Shown piece by piece: positions 13,023 to 25,105 of a stretch of DNA of 64,000 nucleotides; positions within the stretch are counted from its first letter, which is position 1; every line of letters begins with the position of its first letter. The translations under genes and the position numbers were made by a program. Source of the DNA: Craspedostauros australis (Eukaryota). The notes under the pieces were generated by a model that saw only the letters and a program-made list of their open reading frames with translations, was not told the origin of the DNA and did not search any database. The stretch covers positions 1 through 64,000 of the forward strand of contig JALAGF010006190.1 in NCBI GenBank assembly GCA_030167865.1, in the 5' to 3' direction.

Positions 13023-13058
13023 AGCAGAACTGAGCAGAACTGAGCAGAACTGAGCAGA
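13023..13058. repeat. 10-bp tandem repeat (AGCAGAACTG)x3+ upstream of the aldolase
   Basis: agcagaactg agcagaactg agcagaactg agcaga. Confidence 0.85.
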
Positions 13059-15066
13059 GTGGAGTGTGCTGGTTGTCAAGTATGGTTTGTGCGTTGTTGA
13101 CGTTGTTGGCGTTGTTGACGTCGGCGTTGACGTCTGCAGTGATTTAGCAGTGACTTGACTTTCGTAGCTCGATGTTGCCGTCGTTGTCGCTTGTGTGAGG
13201 TGTGCGTTGTCCACCGCGGACTGGCTATCGGTATTCAAGTACAGTCGATTTTCGGATGCAGCACGAGGCCCACTGTTGGTTGGTGCGTGTTGTTTTGGCG
13301 TTGTGCTTCCATACGACTACTCCGAGTACGCATGTCGTTCGCAAATTACGTGGTGGACTTTCCTGTGTGTCGTTCGGCTTGTCGCGGTGCTTGGATGTGC
13401 GTTACCAAAACCGAGGATTCTGATGAGGGTGTGTCATTCCGATCAACGGCCCCGTGCAAAGATACTCCCGTGTTGACGTCGCTGTCTCGCCGCATCACCG
13501 CGTTGCTCCAGATTCTGTTCTACACGGTTTCCTGTTCTCGTTTCTTGGTTGTCGGCGATGTCCAACTTGAAACGAATGATACGCGCAGACGTCACACACA
13601 TGGAAACGCTTGAAATTGCATCGTTCCGAGGAGTCGAACGCACAGGATTCCACGTTGGTCCAATCGATCATGCACGAATGGAAAACGTTTGGACATTTCC
13701 AACGCTCGTTGCGTGACAACAACAGTCACGAACCGCGCAAACGTTGTCTCCATCTTCGCGAATGCAATTCCTCCTCTCTCTGATGTGTGTCGCGCACACA
13801 CACAGGTGCCACCTCTCTCCATGGCGGCGAGCGTTTGGTATTGCCACAGGTATTGGCACAACATCCATCCATCCACCTCTCACTCGGTGCCTCACTGTTG
13901 AGTCGTCGATGGTGTTGGTGTTGGTGCTGACCGTGGCATTGGTATTGGAATCGACTTCTGACATCGACTTCGACATGATCGGGGCCATGCAAGTGCCTCC
14001 CACTGACAAATCTCAATCAGCCCTTTGGATTCGGCGCTGATGTCGCCTGGGATGCTGGCTTTGGAGGGACTGCCATGTGGTATGGCCGCATGTGGTTTCA
14101 TATGTGGAACAAATCCAGGTTGACGCGGAATACGGATGGATACTCGAGAGAGAGGGAGAGATAGATTGAGTGCTCTCGCTAGACAGAGAGAGAGAGTATG
14201 ATACTCTGCCAAGTGGCGCATCACCGCAACAGCCGAAGAGAGACAATGCAGTCACATGATAACTGTCTGTTTCACAAAGCGCATGGAATTCTGGGGAGGA
14301 GGGTGCGACGAAGCTGCTGAGTCCGCACGACATCTCTCATCTTGCATCTCTCAGGATGAAAGATTATCCGTCACGCTGTGCCAGATCAACATCAGTCTAC
14401 ACCGACCGGCTTGGCTGTTGATGACAATGCAGCTCACACCGCAAGTCCAAGCGATTGCCCAGATTTGCGCTGCCTCGACTGTTCTGCTCGACAGGACAGA
14501 GCAACACACGCTGAGCTCGCGCCAATCAAAACAAGGCGGATGGTATTCGAGTGTGTACATGTCGCTGCTACCGCCGTTTGCACTGATGTCACCTTGTCAG
14601 ACATATGAACAGCACTACATACATAAGAGTGCGACACTTTCGAACTACACATACGCAGCATCCTGAGAACCATTCTTGAATGTCTGGACATGTTCTCTTT
14701 TTGCGATTATCGTTCTCAATCATCACAATGAAGCACAAGTCCATGCAGTGGTGGTGAATTGATGAATGGATAACAAGAAGGAATCTAAACTTTGGACTTG
14801 TGATGGATGGCATTCTTCTTCATGGCACGAAGGTGAATGCGTGCAGGTATGGAACGTGCTTGATGCAGTATCGCTCCGGCGCAACAGCTTGACCACTTGT
14901 TGCGTCGAAGCGTAGTAATCCCATCTGCCTGCTTGCTTGCGGATGCATCTGTGGTTCATCGATCGCCGATCAAGGAGAGAGCAACTACCACATGAGTCCA
15001 CCGTCTGTTCTTCACTTCAGGCTATCGCGTCGGGTATTAGTCTTTTGTCGGTTTTGCTTTCTTTGT

Positions 15067-15660
15067 TTACTTCTTCTCCTTGCGGTTGGCGACGGATGCA
15101 CGGTATCCAGCGATCTTGGTCTCCTGGCGGGCCACACGCATTGTCGTGAAGGCCTTGCTGTTCTTCATCTCGTCCGTGACATCAACCAGCTCTGGAGCAG
15201 ACTTGGTGTAGTCAATTGGCTGGATGGTGCCCTGCAGCTGTGCGACGTCTGTGGTCTGGCCCTTCTCCAGGATGACCAAGTTGCCCAAGTACGTCTTAAG
15301 TCTGGCAACGTTCAAGTCGAGGGATTCCTGGGACTTGTTGTTTCTGCGGTGGTCGACGGCAATTCCGACAGTGCGGGCGTATCCGGCGCTGATTCCGGCA
15401 CCCTCGAGCTCCTCAAAGGTGAAGCCACGTCCGAGACGGACCTTGGCGGAGTATTTCTGGGTTGGGCAGTGCACGACAGGTCGGAGCTTGTTGAGTGGGG
15501 CTGGTGCGATGGCGGCGGCCCTGGCAGCACGCGCCAGTCGGCGGCTCTTCTTCTTGCCTGCCTGGTTGAGGGCGAGCTTGACCTTGAGTGGACCACGCGA
15601 AGACTGGAGGTACTTCTTGTGGCAATGGATATTTGGGATGATATTGTTGTGCTTGACCAT
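15067..15660 (-). CDS. RPL13: 60S ribosomal protein L13 (eL13)
   Basis: MVKHNNIIPNIHCHKKY, LRPVVHCPTQKYSAKVRLGRGFTFEEL, GIAVDHRRNNKSQESL. Confidence 0.96.
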   Translation of the reverse strand: MVKHNNIIPNIHCHKKYLQSSRGPLKVKLALNQAGKKKSRRLARAARAAAIAPAPLNKLRPVVHCPTQKYSAKVRLGRGFTFEELEGAGISAGYARTVGIAVDHRRNNKSQESLDLNVARLKTYLGNLVILEKGQTTDVAQLQGTIQPIDYTKSAPELVDVTDEMKNSKAFTTMRVARQETKIAGYRASVANRKEKK

Positions 15661-16885
15661 CTTGAGATACTATTCTTGTTGCTCCTGCTACGTCGAATGG
15701 GGATGTTTATACTTCTGCGGTGGTGGTTGTGGTGATTCATCCGACGTTTGACGTTAGACGTTTGATGGTTGATATTGGTGTTTGTTCGTTGTTGTAGTTG
15801 GAGTTGCCATCACCGTTGGTGTTCGTTGCAGTGGTTGTTGTAGTCGTCATGGCGTTCGCGGTCGGCAAGCCATACGGGCAGCAGCAAGGAATACGATACG
15901 TCAGCCACACATGTATGCGCAAATCATCATCGAGCACACAGACTATCCACACCACCACTACCACCACAACAACAGTGACAATAACAAAAGGGTCTTTGCT
16001 CTTCATGTTGCGGCATGACGCAGCATGCGAAGGTCCTCGAGATCTCGCCTTGGCGCTGCTTGTCCAATATCCTTTGCCGCTGTTCCCGCCATGGTGCCAC
16101 ATCTACGCCGGACTTGCGCCATCTGCACCGCGTTGATGGGAAACCCCTATTGCTGCTGCTCTTTCCTCATGCCATCGTCGGCATCGCATCATCCAAGAAC
16201 CATCCCATCATGGTCGTCGACTTACACCGTCGATTGGTAGATGTCCGCTGGTGGTGCCTGGGTTGCTGTTCGTCCTGGTGCTGGTGTTGGCTCCTGCTGA
16301 TGTCGCCTGTTGATGTTGGTTGGCTGGTTGGTCTTGGTGCCTGTCGGGTTGCCGTTCCTTCACCCGCAACAAACGCGGCGCTTGCTTCTCAGTTTGGTTG
16401 GGACAAACTTGGTCGTTGACTGATGCGACTGCAATTCAAGCGCACAAACAACCCATTTCAGTAGACCGAAAAGAGGTACAAACGATCGATCGAGTCAAAC
16501 TCAATTGATCGTTGGAGTCAAATTCGCTCCGAGGGAAAAACCGGAACGAGAAAACTCGGCGAGACCACAACAACAAGGGAATCAGCAACTCACGAAGAGA
16601 ACTGTCTCGCACCTCCACCGAATTGCACAACAACAGATCAGGACGCTGCTCCGAGAAGCAACTGAAGAGAAGCGGTGATTGATGTCGATCATCTTCTATC
16701 ATGCCAAATGAATTCATCTATTCCAGTTGTGAATGCTGACCTATGATTTTCTATGGAATGTATTTATTAGAATACAAGTAGCTCTGGAGGAAAGGAAGAT
16801 GCAGAGATACATCGACATGAAGTAATGATATGAAACGACACGCATTCACGCTGTTGAAAACAAGGCGGCCAGGCAGGCTGCTGCC

Positions 16886-18748
16886 TCAGATGACGACAAA
16901 GTCATCGCCGCCATTCGATTCGCTGTTGGCGCTGGAATCAGACGATGATGATCCGAAGAGCAGCTTCGCCCCATCGAGGTATGTTGATGTGGAATCTTCC
17001 TGATCAACGACTTCCATACTCGTGGAGGCGTCGTCCTTCTCCACGACCACGGCACTCTTTTCAGATTTGGAGCTCAGCGCAACGATCTGCCCCAGAAGAG
17101 CGTCGAACTTGGCCAAGTCCGGGCGTTGGTCATCCACGACGATGACGCTGTATTCGATCCCGTTGCGCTCCAGGTTCTTCTGGAAATCCTCTGCGCCTGC
17201 ACCGACCCGGACCACGATGAGGACGACGTCCGGGTTGACCTTCTTCTTATACTTCGCCAGCATCTCAGAGAAGTCGTCGCCCATCGTCCTGCCATTCTCC
17301 CACTCGTCGGTCACGATCACGATGGTGTCGACGCTCCTCTTTTCGTCGTAGTACGGCCACAAAGCTGCGGCGAAATTCGTCATTCCGCAGGCACGGATCG
17401 CGTCGCAGACGTCCAACGTGTCCTTCACGGTCTTGGGCTTTTCGTGCGGCGACTTGATCAGACCGGTCCCGAAGAAACTGAGCTCTCCGTCGAGGCAGGC
17501 TGAAACCATGCTTGCGAAGATGGTCGCAGCCTCGACAGCGACCTGCATGCTGCTCGAAGCATCTCCGAAGACGGCGATGATCTCGTTGCTGTCGTGCTGC
17601 GCCTTCCAGTACTGCTGAAGATGCGCGAGTCGCTGGGCGGCGACCTCCTCGAGGCGAGCGCACAAGCTCTGCGAGATGTTCTTCTTTCGGAAACTCACGA
17701 TGCACGCGAGCAGCTTGCCGTACGTGAAGGACTTGCCGTTGTGAATTGCAGTCTCGTTCTTCAGCGCCTCAGAAAGCCGCTCCTCGATAATGATCTGGCA
17801 GTCCTTCGCCACGGCGTGGAACTCGTCAAAGTACCAGAGGAAGGTATCGAGGGGGATGTTGCGCGCGAATTGCAGCACGATGGGCTCGGACTGAATGATC
17901 GACGGATGACGCCTCAGGAAGGCGAACGCGTCGTACACCTGCGGGTACCTCTTGGCAACCGCGTTGAATTCGTCCGCCACGTTCGATGGCGAGGCCTTGA
18001 TCAACCGGCGCATGTTGAACACGAAGCTATCCTCCGGGATGGCCTGGCCGTAGACATCGTGCAGGAAGTAAGGGACCTGGAAGTCGGATGGGCGGAAGTG
18101 GACCAGGTCGGCGACGTTCTTCCACGCGGTCGTGGGCATCTCGAGCATGACGTACTCGAGAAAATCGGGTTTGATGGACTTGGCCCAACGTTGGATCCTG
18201 CGTGCCATGGATCCAGACACCGACGAATTGGCCACGCATTCGTTGATGATGGGATGCGAATGGAGATCGAGGCACTTCTGTCCCCGGTGGTCGCCATCGC
18301 CCTTCTGGATGAGAGCATCGATGCGCTTCAGGCTGGAGCGCAGCACGTCAATCTTGTACCGCTTCGTCTTCTGGGCGACTGCATCGGCGACGGAGCACTT
18401 GACGATTTCCTTGGGGGACGTCTTCACCATGGACCGTTCGATGGAGGCGATCTTCTTGCGTAGCTGCCGGGCCACGCGCGGACGATCAAGGATGACCAGG
18501 GCCTTCTCGATGTCGGTGATCTCGCAGTGTGGCAGCAGCGAGTCCAGCTCTCGGTGGTGCGAGCATATGTGGAGGGCAGCGATCACGCGTGCCTTGATGG
18601 CGGTCGTGACGCAGGCCCAGACGGCCTTGGAACTCGTGTAGTGACGGATCTGTTTGAGGTACTCCGCCTCATGCTCCCGCAGGTCATGAACATGCGAGAA
18701 GATGCAAGGGTTCTTCAGGTTGAAGCAATTCATCGTCGCGTCCTTCAT
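16886..18748 (-). CDS. Uncharacterised protein with a helical N-terminal region and a C-terminal VWA domain (TROVE/Ro60-like architecture possible)
   Basis: Intronless 620-aa ORF with coding-like codon bias. MIDAS-like VFGDASSSM, GMTNFAAAL and IVIVTDEWEN in the C-terminal third. Confidence 0.75.
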   Translation of the reverse strand: MKDATMNCFNLKNPCIFSHVHDLREHEAEYLKQIRHYTSSKAVWACVTTAIKARVIAALHICSHHRELDSLLPHCEITDIEKALVILDRPRVARQLRKKIASIERSMVKTSPKEIVKCSVADAVAQKTKRYKIDVLRSSLKRIDALIQKGDGDHRGQKCLDLHSHPIINECVANSSVSGSMARRIQRWAKSIKPDFLEYVMLEMPTTAWKNVADLVHFRPSDFQVPYFLHDVYGQAIPEDSFVFNMRRLIKASPSNVADEFNAVAKRYPQVYDAFAFLRRHPSIIQSEPIVLQFARNIPLDTFLWYFDEFHAVAKDCQIIIEERLSEALKNETAIHNGKSFTYGKLLACIVSFRKKNISQSLCARLEEVAAQRLAHLQQYWKAQHDSNEIIAVFGDASSSMQVAVEAATIFASMVSACLDGELSFFGTGLIKSPHEKPKTVKDTLDVCDAIRACGMTNFAAALWPYYDEKRSVDTIVIVTDEWENGRTMGDDFSEMLAKYKKKVNPDVVLIVVRVGAGAEDFQKNLERNGIEYSVIVVDDQRPDLAKFDALLGQIVALSSKSEKSAVVVEKDDASTSMEVVDQEDSTSTYLDGAKLLFGSSSSDSSANSESNGGDDFVVI

Positions 18749-20035
18749 GGTGACGCGTGTTTGGGGTTGATTCTTGCTTCCGATACAAGCAAATCAATCA
18801 ATGAATACAATATAATACAATATCAGGATTGATCGCACGGAAGACGTTGGTGTTGATATCGGTGGCCTGATGGATGGATGAATGTTGGTGTTGGTGTTGG
18901 TGTTGGTGTTGTCTACTGCGGGTGGTTGAATGCTGTTGCGCCGTTTCTTTGAGATGAATGCTTTCGATTCAAGTTTTTTGTGAGACCTGCCACACTCGTC
19001 CCATCTCAACGATCATCAAGGTGGCAATACACTCACCACAAGTAAGACAGGAAGGGAAAGAGTGAGTAGCGCTGCCTCACCGCAAAGAAATGCGACCAAC
19101 TAACCAACTAACCAAGCCACACAAAACGCACGCAATGGCGTAACCCAAACCCAGACTTGGTTTCGACAAGCAATGTCCACGTCTCAGAACACAGCGAAAA
19201 CCACGTCTGGAACATAGTCCAAGACTGGAACCGATTGGCCACAGATCCACGATCCGGGATGGGAATGCGATCAACCGCCGGTGATGGGCACATCTTGAAC
19301 TGGACGAATGGAGGGTGTTCAGCAACGTGGCACGACTATATCCAGCTGCGATACACAGTACTTCTATTTATTATATGATGTTGGAGCACATGGAAAGGAT
19401 GGCGCCTGACGATAGATGTGATAAGTTGAGCAATGCTTGACAACAATGGCGTACTCGACTCGTTTCTCTATGTGGATTGAGAGGACTCAAGCAAGTTTGG
19501 AGTGGATGTCAAGTGTTGAAACTGAGTGTGTGTGGGCTTGGCTAAGAATGGAGGGAATGTTGGAAAGCACCAGAAGAAAGCCATGGTCCTTCGCACCGTA
19601 TCATGTTTGTTCTTCGGGTGCTCGTGGGCAAGTGTGATGCTGTTGGAATGTATAATAAGGTAGTGTCTGTGATGTTCCAACGTGATGGAGTTGCTGCTGT
19701 CTTCGTGGTTGCATTGGGATGGATGCTTCGCTTTGCGAGCCCCGCCAATGAGTACTTGTGCATTCTACCGTTGGTTTGTAAACGCCTACATTGCCTGCTC
19801 CTGAGTGCTCTGTCAGCACGATATGTCGTAGTATATGTACTCGTAGGTACCATGTATAGGTCGTATAGCAGTACTCTCATGAGAGAGATGTCCCTGTCTT
19901 TTGCGGGCATGGGATTGAGCGGCATGCCTCTCCCACTCCGCTTCACTCCACGCCTTCGGGGGAAAGAAGAGCAGAATAGAACACGCTACCGCACTCTACG
20001 ATGTTTGTGCTTGCGCATGGACGCGAAGCAAAGCC

Positions 20036-21016
20036 TCACAGCTGCTTCGTGGACTTGATGGGCGTTGGCGACTTGCCAGCCGCATCGTAATCGTCGATGC
20101 CCGTCGTCCGGTTGATGCCTAGGATGCGCACGCCGTTCATTGCTGGCAGCTTGGCGACGACCTCGATGATCCACAAGATGCCCACGTTGATCAAGCAGAT
20201 CGACCGACGGTACTGCCCGAAGTGGCATGCGGCGTAACAGATGAGAGTGGGGATGATGGTGAGGGTGCGTTTCGTGACCGAGTTGTGCGGGCGGCCTTCC
20301 AGCTGCTCCCACAAGGTGAGGCCCGCCAGCTCGTTTTGCACATCGTACAGCGGACTGCCCTTGCACCAGTGCAGGTACCAGAGGGTGACGCTGCAGTGGA
20401 TGAAATGCACGATCGTCCAACTGAGCGCGAAGGAAGACAGACTGGAGCTTTCCCCGCCGCTGTCGTCTGATGTGCCGCCATCCACAGTTGCAGCGCTCGA
20501 TTCGGATGCGATGCGCTGAAAGATGCCAAGTATATACGCTGCGACGGCGACGTTGTCCTTGGCCGCGCTCGTGAGGAGCTCGAGCACAAGCACGGCCAGG
20601 ACCTGGATGAGGGCGATCCCACCCAGGTAGGTGGCCAGCAGCAACCAACCGCCCTGCTCGATCCAGTCCGTGTGTTCCTTGCGAGCCAGCTCGAAGGGCA
20701 CCAGGTTGTCTGTGTTGCCGTACAAACCCGCGTACGATCTGGGAATGTCTCTCGAATTCATGCGCGGGCGACGCCCCACCACGTTGGCCGAGTTGGAGGC
20801 GCCGGTCTTCATCCAGTCGTTCGAGTTGGTGTTCTCATGGTTGTCACCTGTGTCATTCCCAGGCAAGGCATCTGGCTGAGACGAGAGGGATGGTTCCTGG
20901 TGACCGCTGTTGCTGGACGCCTTCATCCTGCCAAGGCGCATGGGCGAGCGGACCGCAGCGGATGATTCGTTTGCGGAGCCAGTGGTGGTGCGCTCATTGC
21001 TGGAGGACGAAGCCAT
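20036..21016 (-). CDS. ORM: ORMDL/ORM family sphingolipid-synthesis regulator
   Basis: SWTIVHFIH, LHWCKGSP, LTLWEQL, LTIIP and AKLPAMNGVRILGIN match ORMDL motifs. Long Ser-rich N-terminus. Confidence 0.88.
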   Translation of the reverse strand: MASSSSNERTTTGSANESSAAVRSPMRLGRMKASSNSGHQEPSLSSQPDALPGNDTGDNHENTNSNDWMKTGASNSANVVGRRPRMNSRDIPRSYAGLYGNTDNLVPFELARKEHTDWIEQGGWLLLATYLGGIALIQVLAVLVLELLTSAAKDNVAVAAYILGIFQRIASESSAATVDGGTSDDSGGESSSLSSFALSWTIVHFIHCSVTLWYLHWCKGSPLYDVQNELAGLTLWEQLEGRPHNSVTKRTLTIIPTLICYAACHFGQYRRSICLINVGILWIIEVVAKLPAMNGVRILGINRTTGIDDYDAAGKSPTPIKSTKQL

Positions 21017-21976
21017 GTTGATCTGGGTGGTGCGATGAGGTGATCGTGCTTTGCGTTGCTCTGTCTGGTCCCGTCTGTTTTTTGTGTAGATATGCCTTCT
21101 GCTGCGTGTCGCCGCAGATGCTCTGGAGCGAGAATGGAGATGGTCTCTCTGCCAGCACTATACGTATGATTGTATGTTAGATCGTAGTGCATGTATTGCG
21201 CACACCCGTATCTGTTGCCGTGTCCGCACTGTCAGTGATCAGAACCGTTCCGCGCTCCTCTCTGCTCGACGCGCGATGCCGCAATCCAGTTCGCGTTTTG
21301 TGTTGTTTGCGCTGTTCTGTTGCTGTCCTGTTGCTGTCCTCCTGCTGAAATCGTGGAAGCTGGAACCAAAGAAGCCAGGAACACACCTCCAGAAGAAGGA
21401 GGCAACAGGCTGTTGTGGAAGCGGGACGAAGGCACCTCTCTGGAGGAATGAATCTCTTTGTGTTCTGATGGAGGTGTCGTCGTGGTTGTGCTCAGTTTTG
21501 GCTGTGTCGTGGTTGTGGTTTGTTGTGGTCTGTTATCCTCGTCTCGTTTCTTCATCTTGTTTCTTCTTTCTTTCTTTCGTTCCTGCGCACAAACGGATCG
21601 TGGCAGAATGCGTGCTGTGTTGTGATGATGCGCTCGGCGGAACTGCCAAAGAACCTCGAAGATGCACAACAACGAGATGAGCTGAAGTAACGGTCAACGG
21701 TTATCGAGCGTGATATAGTACTGTTCTATACATCGCTTTTCCAAACCCCGAACCGCCGTTATATTTTAAATCGTCTGTCCTTCCACCATTCAATCCCCAA
21801 ACACCCACACCAAACAAACCGATGCACACGCCAAGGCACAACCAAACACGACGAAAGAGAGAGAAACAGAGAGAGATGAGGAGATCAAGATGAGGATGGA
21901 ATGAAACAACATCCAACACAGCGCATTGCATTGCCCTGCACACAACAAGTACTATTAGGACATTGCAATCTTCGAC

Positions 21977-22016
21977 ACAGATACAGATACAGATACAGAT
22001 ACAGATACAGATACAG
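21977..22016. repeat. (ACAGAT)n microsatellite
   Basis: About 6.5 perfect hexamer units. Confidence 0.9.
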
Positions 22017-22312
22017 CATCGCCAAAGAGGACGATACGGATACTCCAGCAGGTAAGAATACGTATGAGCATATCCGTGGCCAACCCTGCATTGTAGTTCA
22101 GCACAACCGAACGGCAACAGCAACAGGAACAGCATCAGATCGCTCCATCGCATTGCACTCTCGCTGACTTGCATCCATCCTCCTCTCCTTCCGTGTATCC
22201 ACCCAACTATCCACGCCTGACACGATCATACTATCATACTGATAATACACACTCCACGCAACTTCGTCAACACCTTTGAACGCAAAGAACACAACACGTT
22301 TGAACATTGACG

Positions 22313-24439
22313 ATGGAGCAGGCGTACTTGGGAACAGGAACACAAATCGACAAGGTAAGACCACCATTGAGTACGGCGATGAACATTGCATTGCGTTGAT
22401 TAATGGATGGCAAATGCATCGAGAGTTGCCCATGCAAGTCCCGGTGTGGTTTCCATTCATTCATTCATTCATTCATTCATTCAACTGAATTGGCCTTCAT
22501 TCTGCTCGCTTCCATCTCCACCTTCACCATCCATCTTCTTCATCAACCAACGCAGGGTGAGAATGCCCGCCTGTCGTCCTTGGTCGGGGCCATGGCCATT
22601 TCGGACCTAGTCAAGACGACGCTGGGACCAAAGGGGATGGACAAGATCCTGCAGCGTCTGGGACCCAACGACCAATCCGTCAGCGTCACCAACGACGGTG
22701 CCACCATCCTGTCCAGCATCCCGCTCGACAATGCCGCAGCCAAGGTGCTAGTGGACATGGCCAAAGTGCAGGACTCCGAGGTTGGAGATGGAACCACTAG
22801 TGTGGCCGTGCTTTGCGGTGAGTTGCTGCGGCAGGCAGAATCGTTGCTTCTCGAGCAACGTATCCATCCCCAAACCATCTGTGCGGGCTGGAGACAGGCC
22901 GTGCAGCTCGCCAGGGATGAGCTCGACAAGTGCGCCACCAAGTCCATCACGCGGGAGGATTTGCTGCAGATCGCGCAGACCACGCTGTCGTCCAAGCTGG
23001 TGCATTCCGAGAAGGCGCACTTCGCCGAGCTTTGCGTCCAGGCCGTGGAGAGATTACAGCAGCAGGAGGAGCAGCTCAACGAGGAGTCAGAGGACAGCGC
23101 GAAGGCAGGAGGCATGACCGTCAACCTGGATCTCATCCAGATCATCCAGCTTTCTGGCGGATCCCTTCGCGATTCCTACCTGGAGGATGGCTTTCTGCTG
23201 GAGAAGTCGGTCGGCGTCGGCCAACCACGTCGCTTGGAGAATTGCAAGGTTCTGATTGCCAACACCAGCATGGACACGGACAAGATCAAGATCTACGGCT
23301 CCCGCGTCCAGGTCGATTCCTTGAACAAGGTGGCCGAAATCGAGCAGGCGGAGAAGCAGAAGATGCGACGTAAGGTCGAGAAGATCCTGGCCCACGGATG
23401 CAACGTCTTCATCAACCGTCAGCTCATCTACAACTTCCCAGAATCGCTGTTCGCGGAAGCCGGCGTCATGGCCATCGAACACGCGGACTTTGAGGGTGTG
23501 GAACGATTATCGGCCGTCACCGGAGGTGATGTCGTCAGCACTTTCGATGCGCCAGAACTCGTTACCCTGGGTGAATGCGATGTTGTCGAGGAGGTACGTC
23601 GACGTTGCTTTGCGACAACAACGACATGTCGAGGAGACTGCGTTTGACGTTGGCCATGCTGTGTACTAGTGCAGATGCGCACGGACATGTACAAATGGTT
23701 TGAAAAGGTTTGGTAGCCTGGGGTCATCGGCATGTCCAACTGGGCACTTCCAACCGACTATTCGCTCACATCAAGCTCAAGCTCACACTGTGCCACGATT
23801 GCACACTCACGCTTCCACAAACATTTTGCCTGCCCCCTCTCCCAACTCTTGTTACTCCGCTTGCTTCTCCGCACTGATGATCAGGTGCTGATTGGCGAGA
23901 CGAAGGTGCTGCGCCTTGGCGGATGCAAGTCCAACGCAGCATGCACGTTGGTGCTCCGTGGATCATCCACGCACGTCCTGGAAGAGGCAGAGCGCAGCAT
24001 CCATGACGCCTTGTGCATCCTCGCAGCAGCGGTGAAGAACCCACGTCGCATCTACGGTGGAGGTTGCACAGAGATCCGCATGGCGCAGGCTGTGGACAAT
24101 GCGGTCCCGACCACTGCAGGAAAACAGGCTCTGGCGCTTGCCGCATTCGCCACCGCCCTTCGGCAGCTCCCATTCATCGTTGCAGATAACGGCGGGTACG
24201 ATGCCGCTGAGCTCGTCACGCAGCTCCGCGCTGCCCACGCGAAGACGCAGGAGGAAGGCGGAACATCCGGCCTGGACATGGAGAATGGAAAGGTCGGCTG
24301 CATGAAGGAGCTGGGCGTCATGGAGGCCTACAAATCCAAGCTCCAGGTCCTCACATCCGCAGCCGAAGCGGCGGAGATGCTGCTCCGCGTCGACGACATC
24401 ATCAAGTGCGCACCAAGACAACGGGAAGAGATGATGTGA
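22313..24439 (+). CDS. CCT2: T-complex protein 1 subunit beta (exons 22313-22354, 22556-23593, 23885-24439)
   Basis: [88 protein letters not shown]. The start codon and first exon are less certain than the rest. Confidence 0.93.
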
Positions 24440-25105
24440 GAGGAGAGTAGGACGCCCAAAGGTGTGACGCGACTACAAGCACGAGTAAGCAACAACAATA
24501 CAATATAACATGATCATATGATATGATATAATATGATTTTACATTGTAGAATGTGTAGGAGTCGTATCCTACCAATAACCCTCTCTCCTGAGAGAGTACG
24601 ATCACAGTACGCACAGCTGCTTCTGGACCAGATGCAGCACTGAGGAAGAGACGTGGATCCCGCATTTCTTCTTTCGAATCCCACAACGCATGAATCCTGT
24701 GTTGCGTATTGATTCAACCGACTGAACCGCAGCGAAAAACAATTCTCGATTCGCAAGACAAGATCTTTGGTCATGGTCTTTTTTGTGCGACACGGTCATC
24801 GGCAAAAACAGCAACCACAATGACAAACGTGCGCGCGGGCAGGACCCACAACACGCACACACAGACCAATCACATGCGCGCTGTCGTGCAGACACCAACA
24901 AGACCGGGATTTCGATTTTCACCAAACCAAAAATCGAACGCACACCACCTCCACGAAGCGAAGGCCTGGCTACGACACGGGCAAAGCACACACACACCAG
25001 TATCGCATTGCATCTCATCGCCCCTCTGTGAGATCCGCATCGACACCGCCACAAACCGCAATAGCATCCACATCTACATCCACATCATCAACAACAGCTG
25101 CAATC

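Noticed and set aside
15901..15930. C/D box snoRNA (ATGATGA...CTGA on the minus strand) upstream of RPL13
   Set aside because: The boxes are only about 20 nt apart, with no second D box or terminal stem.
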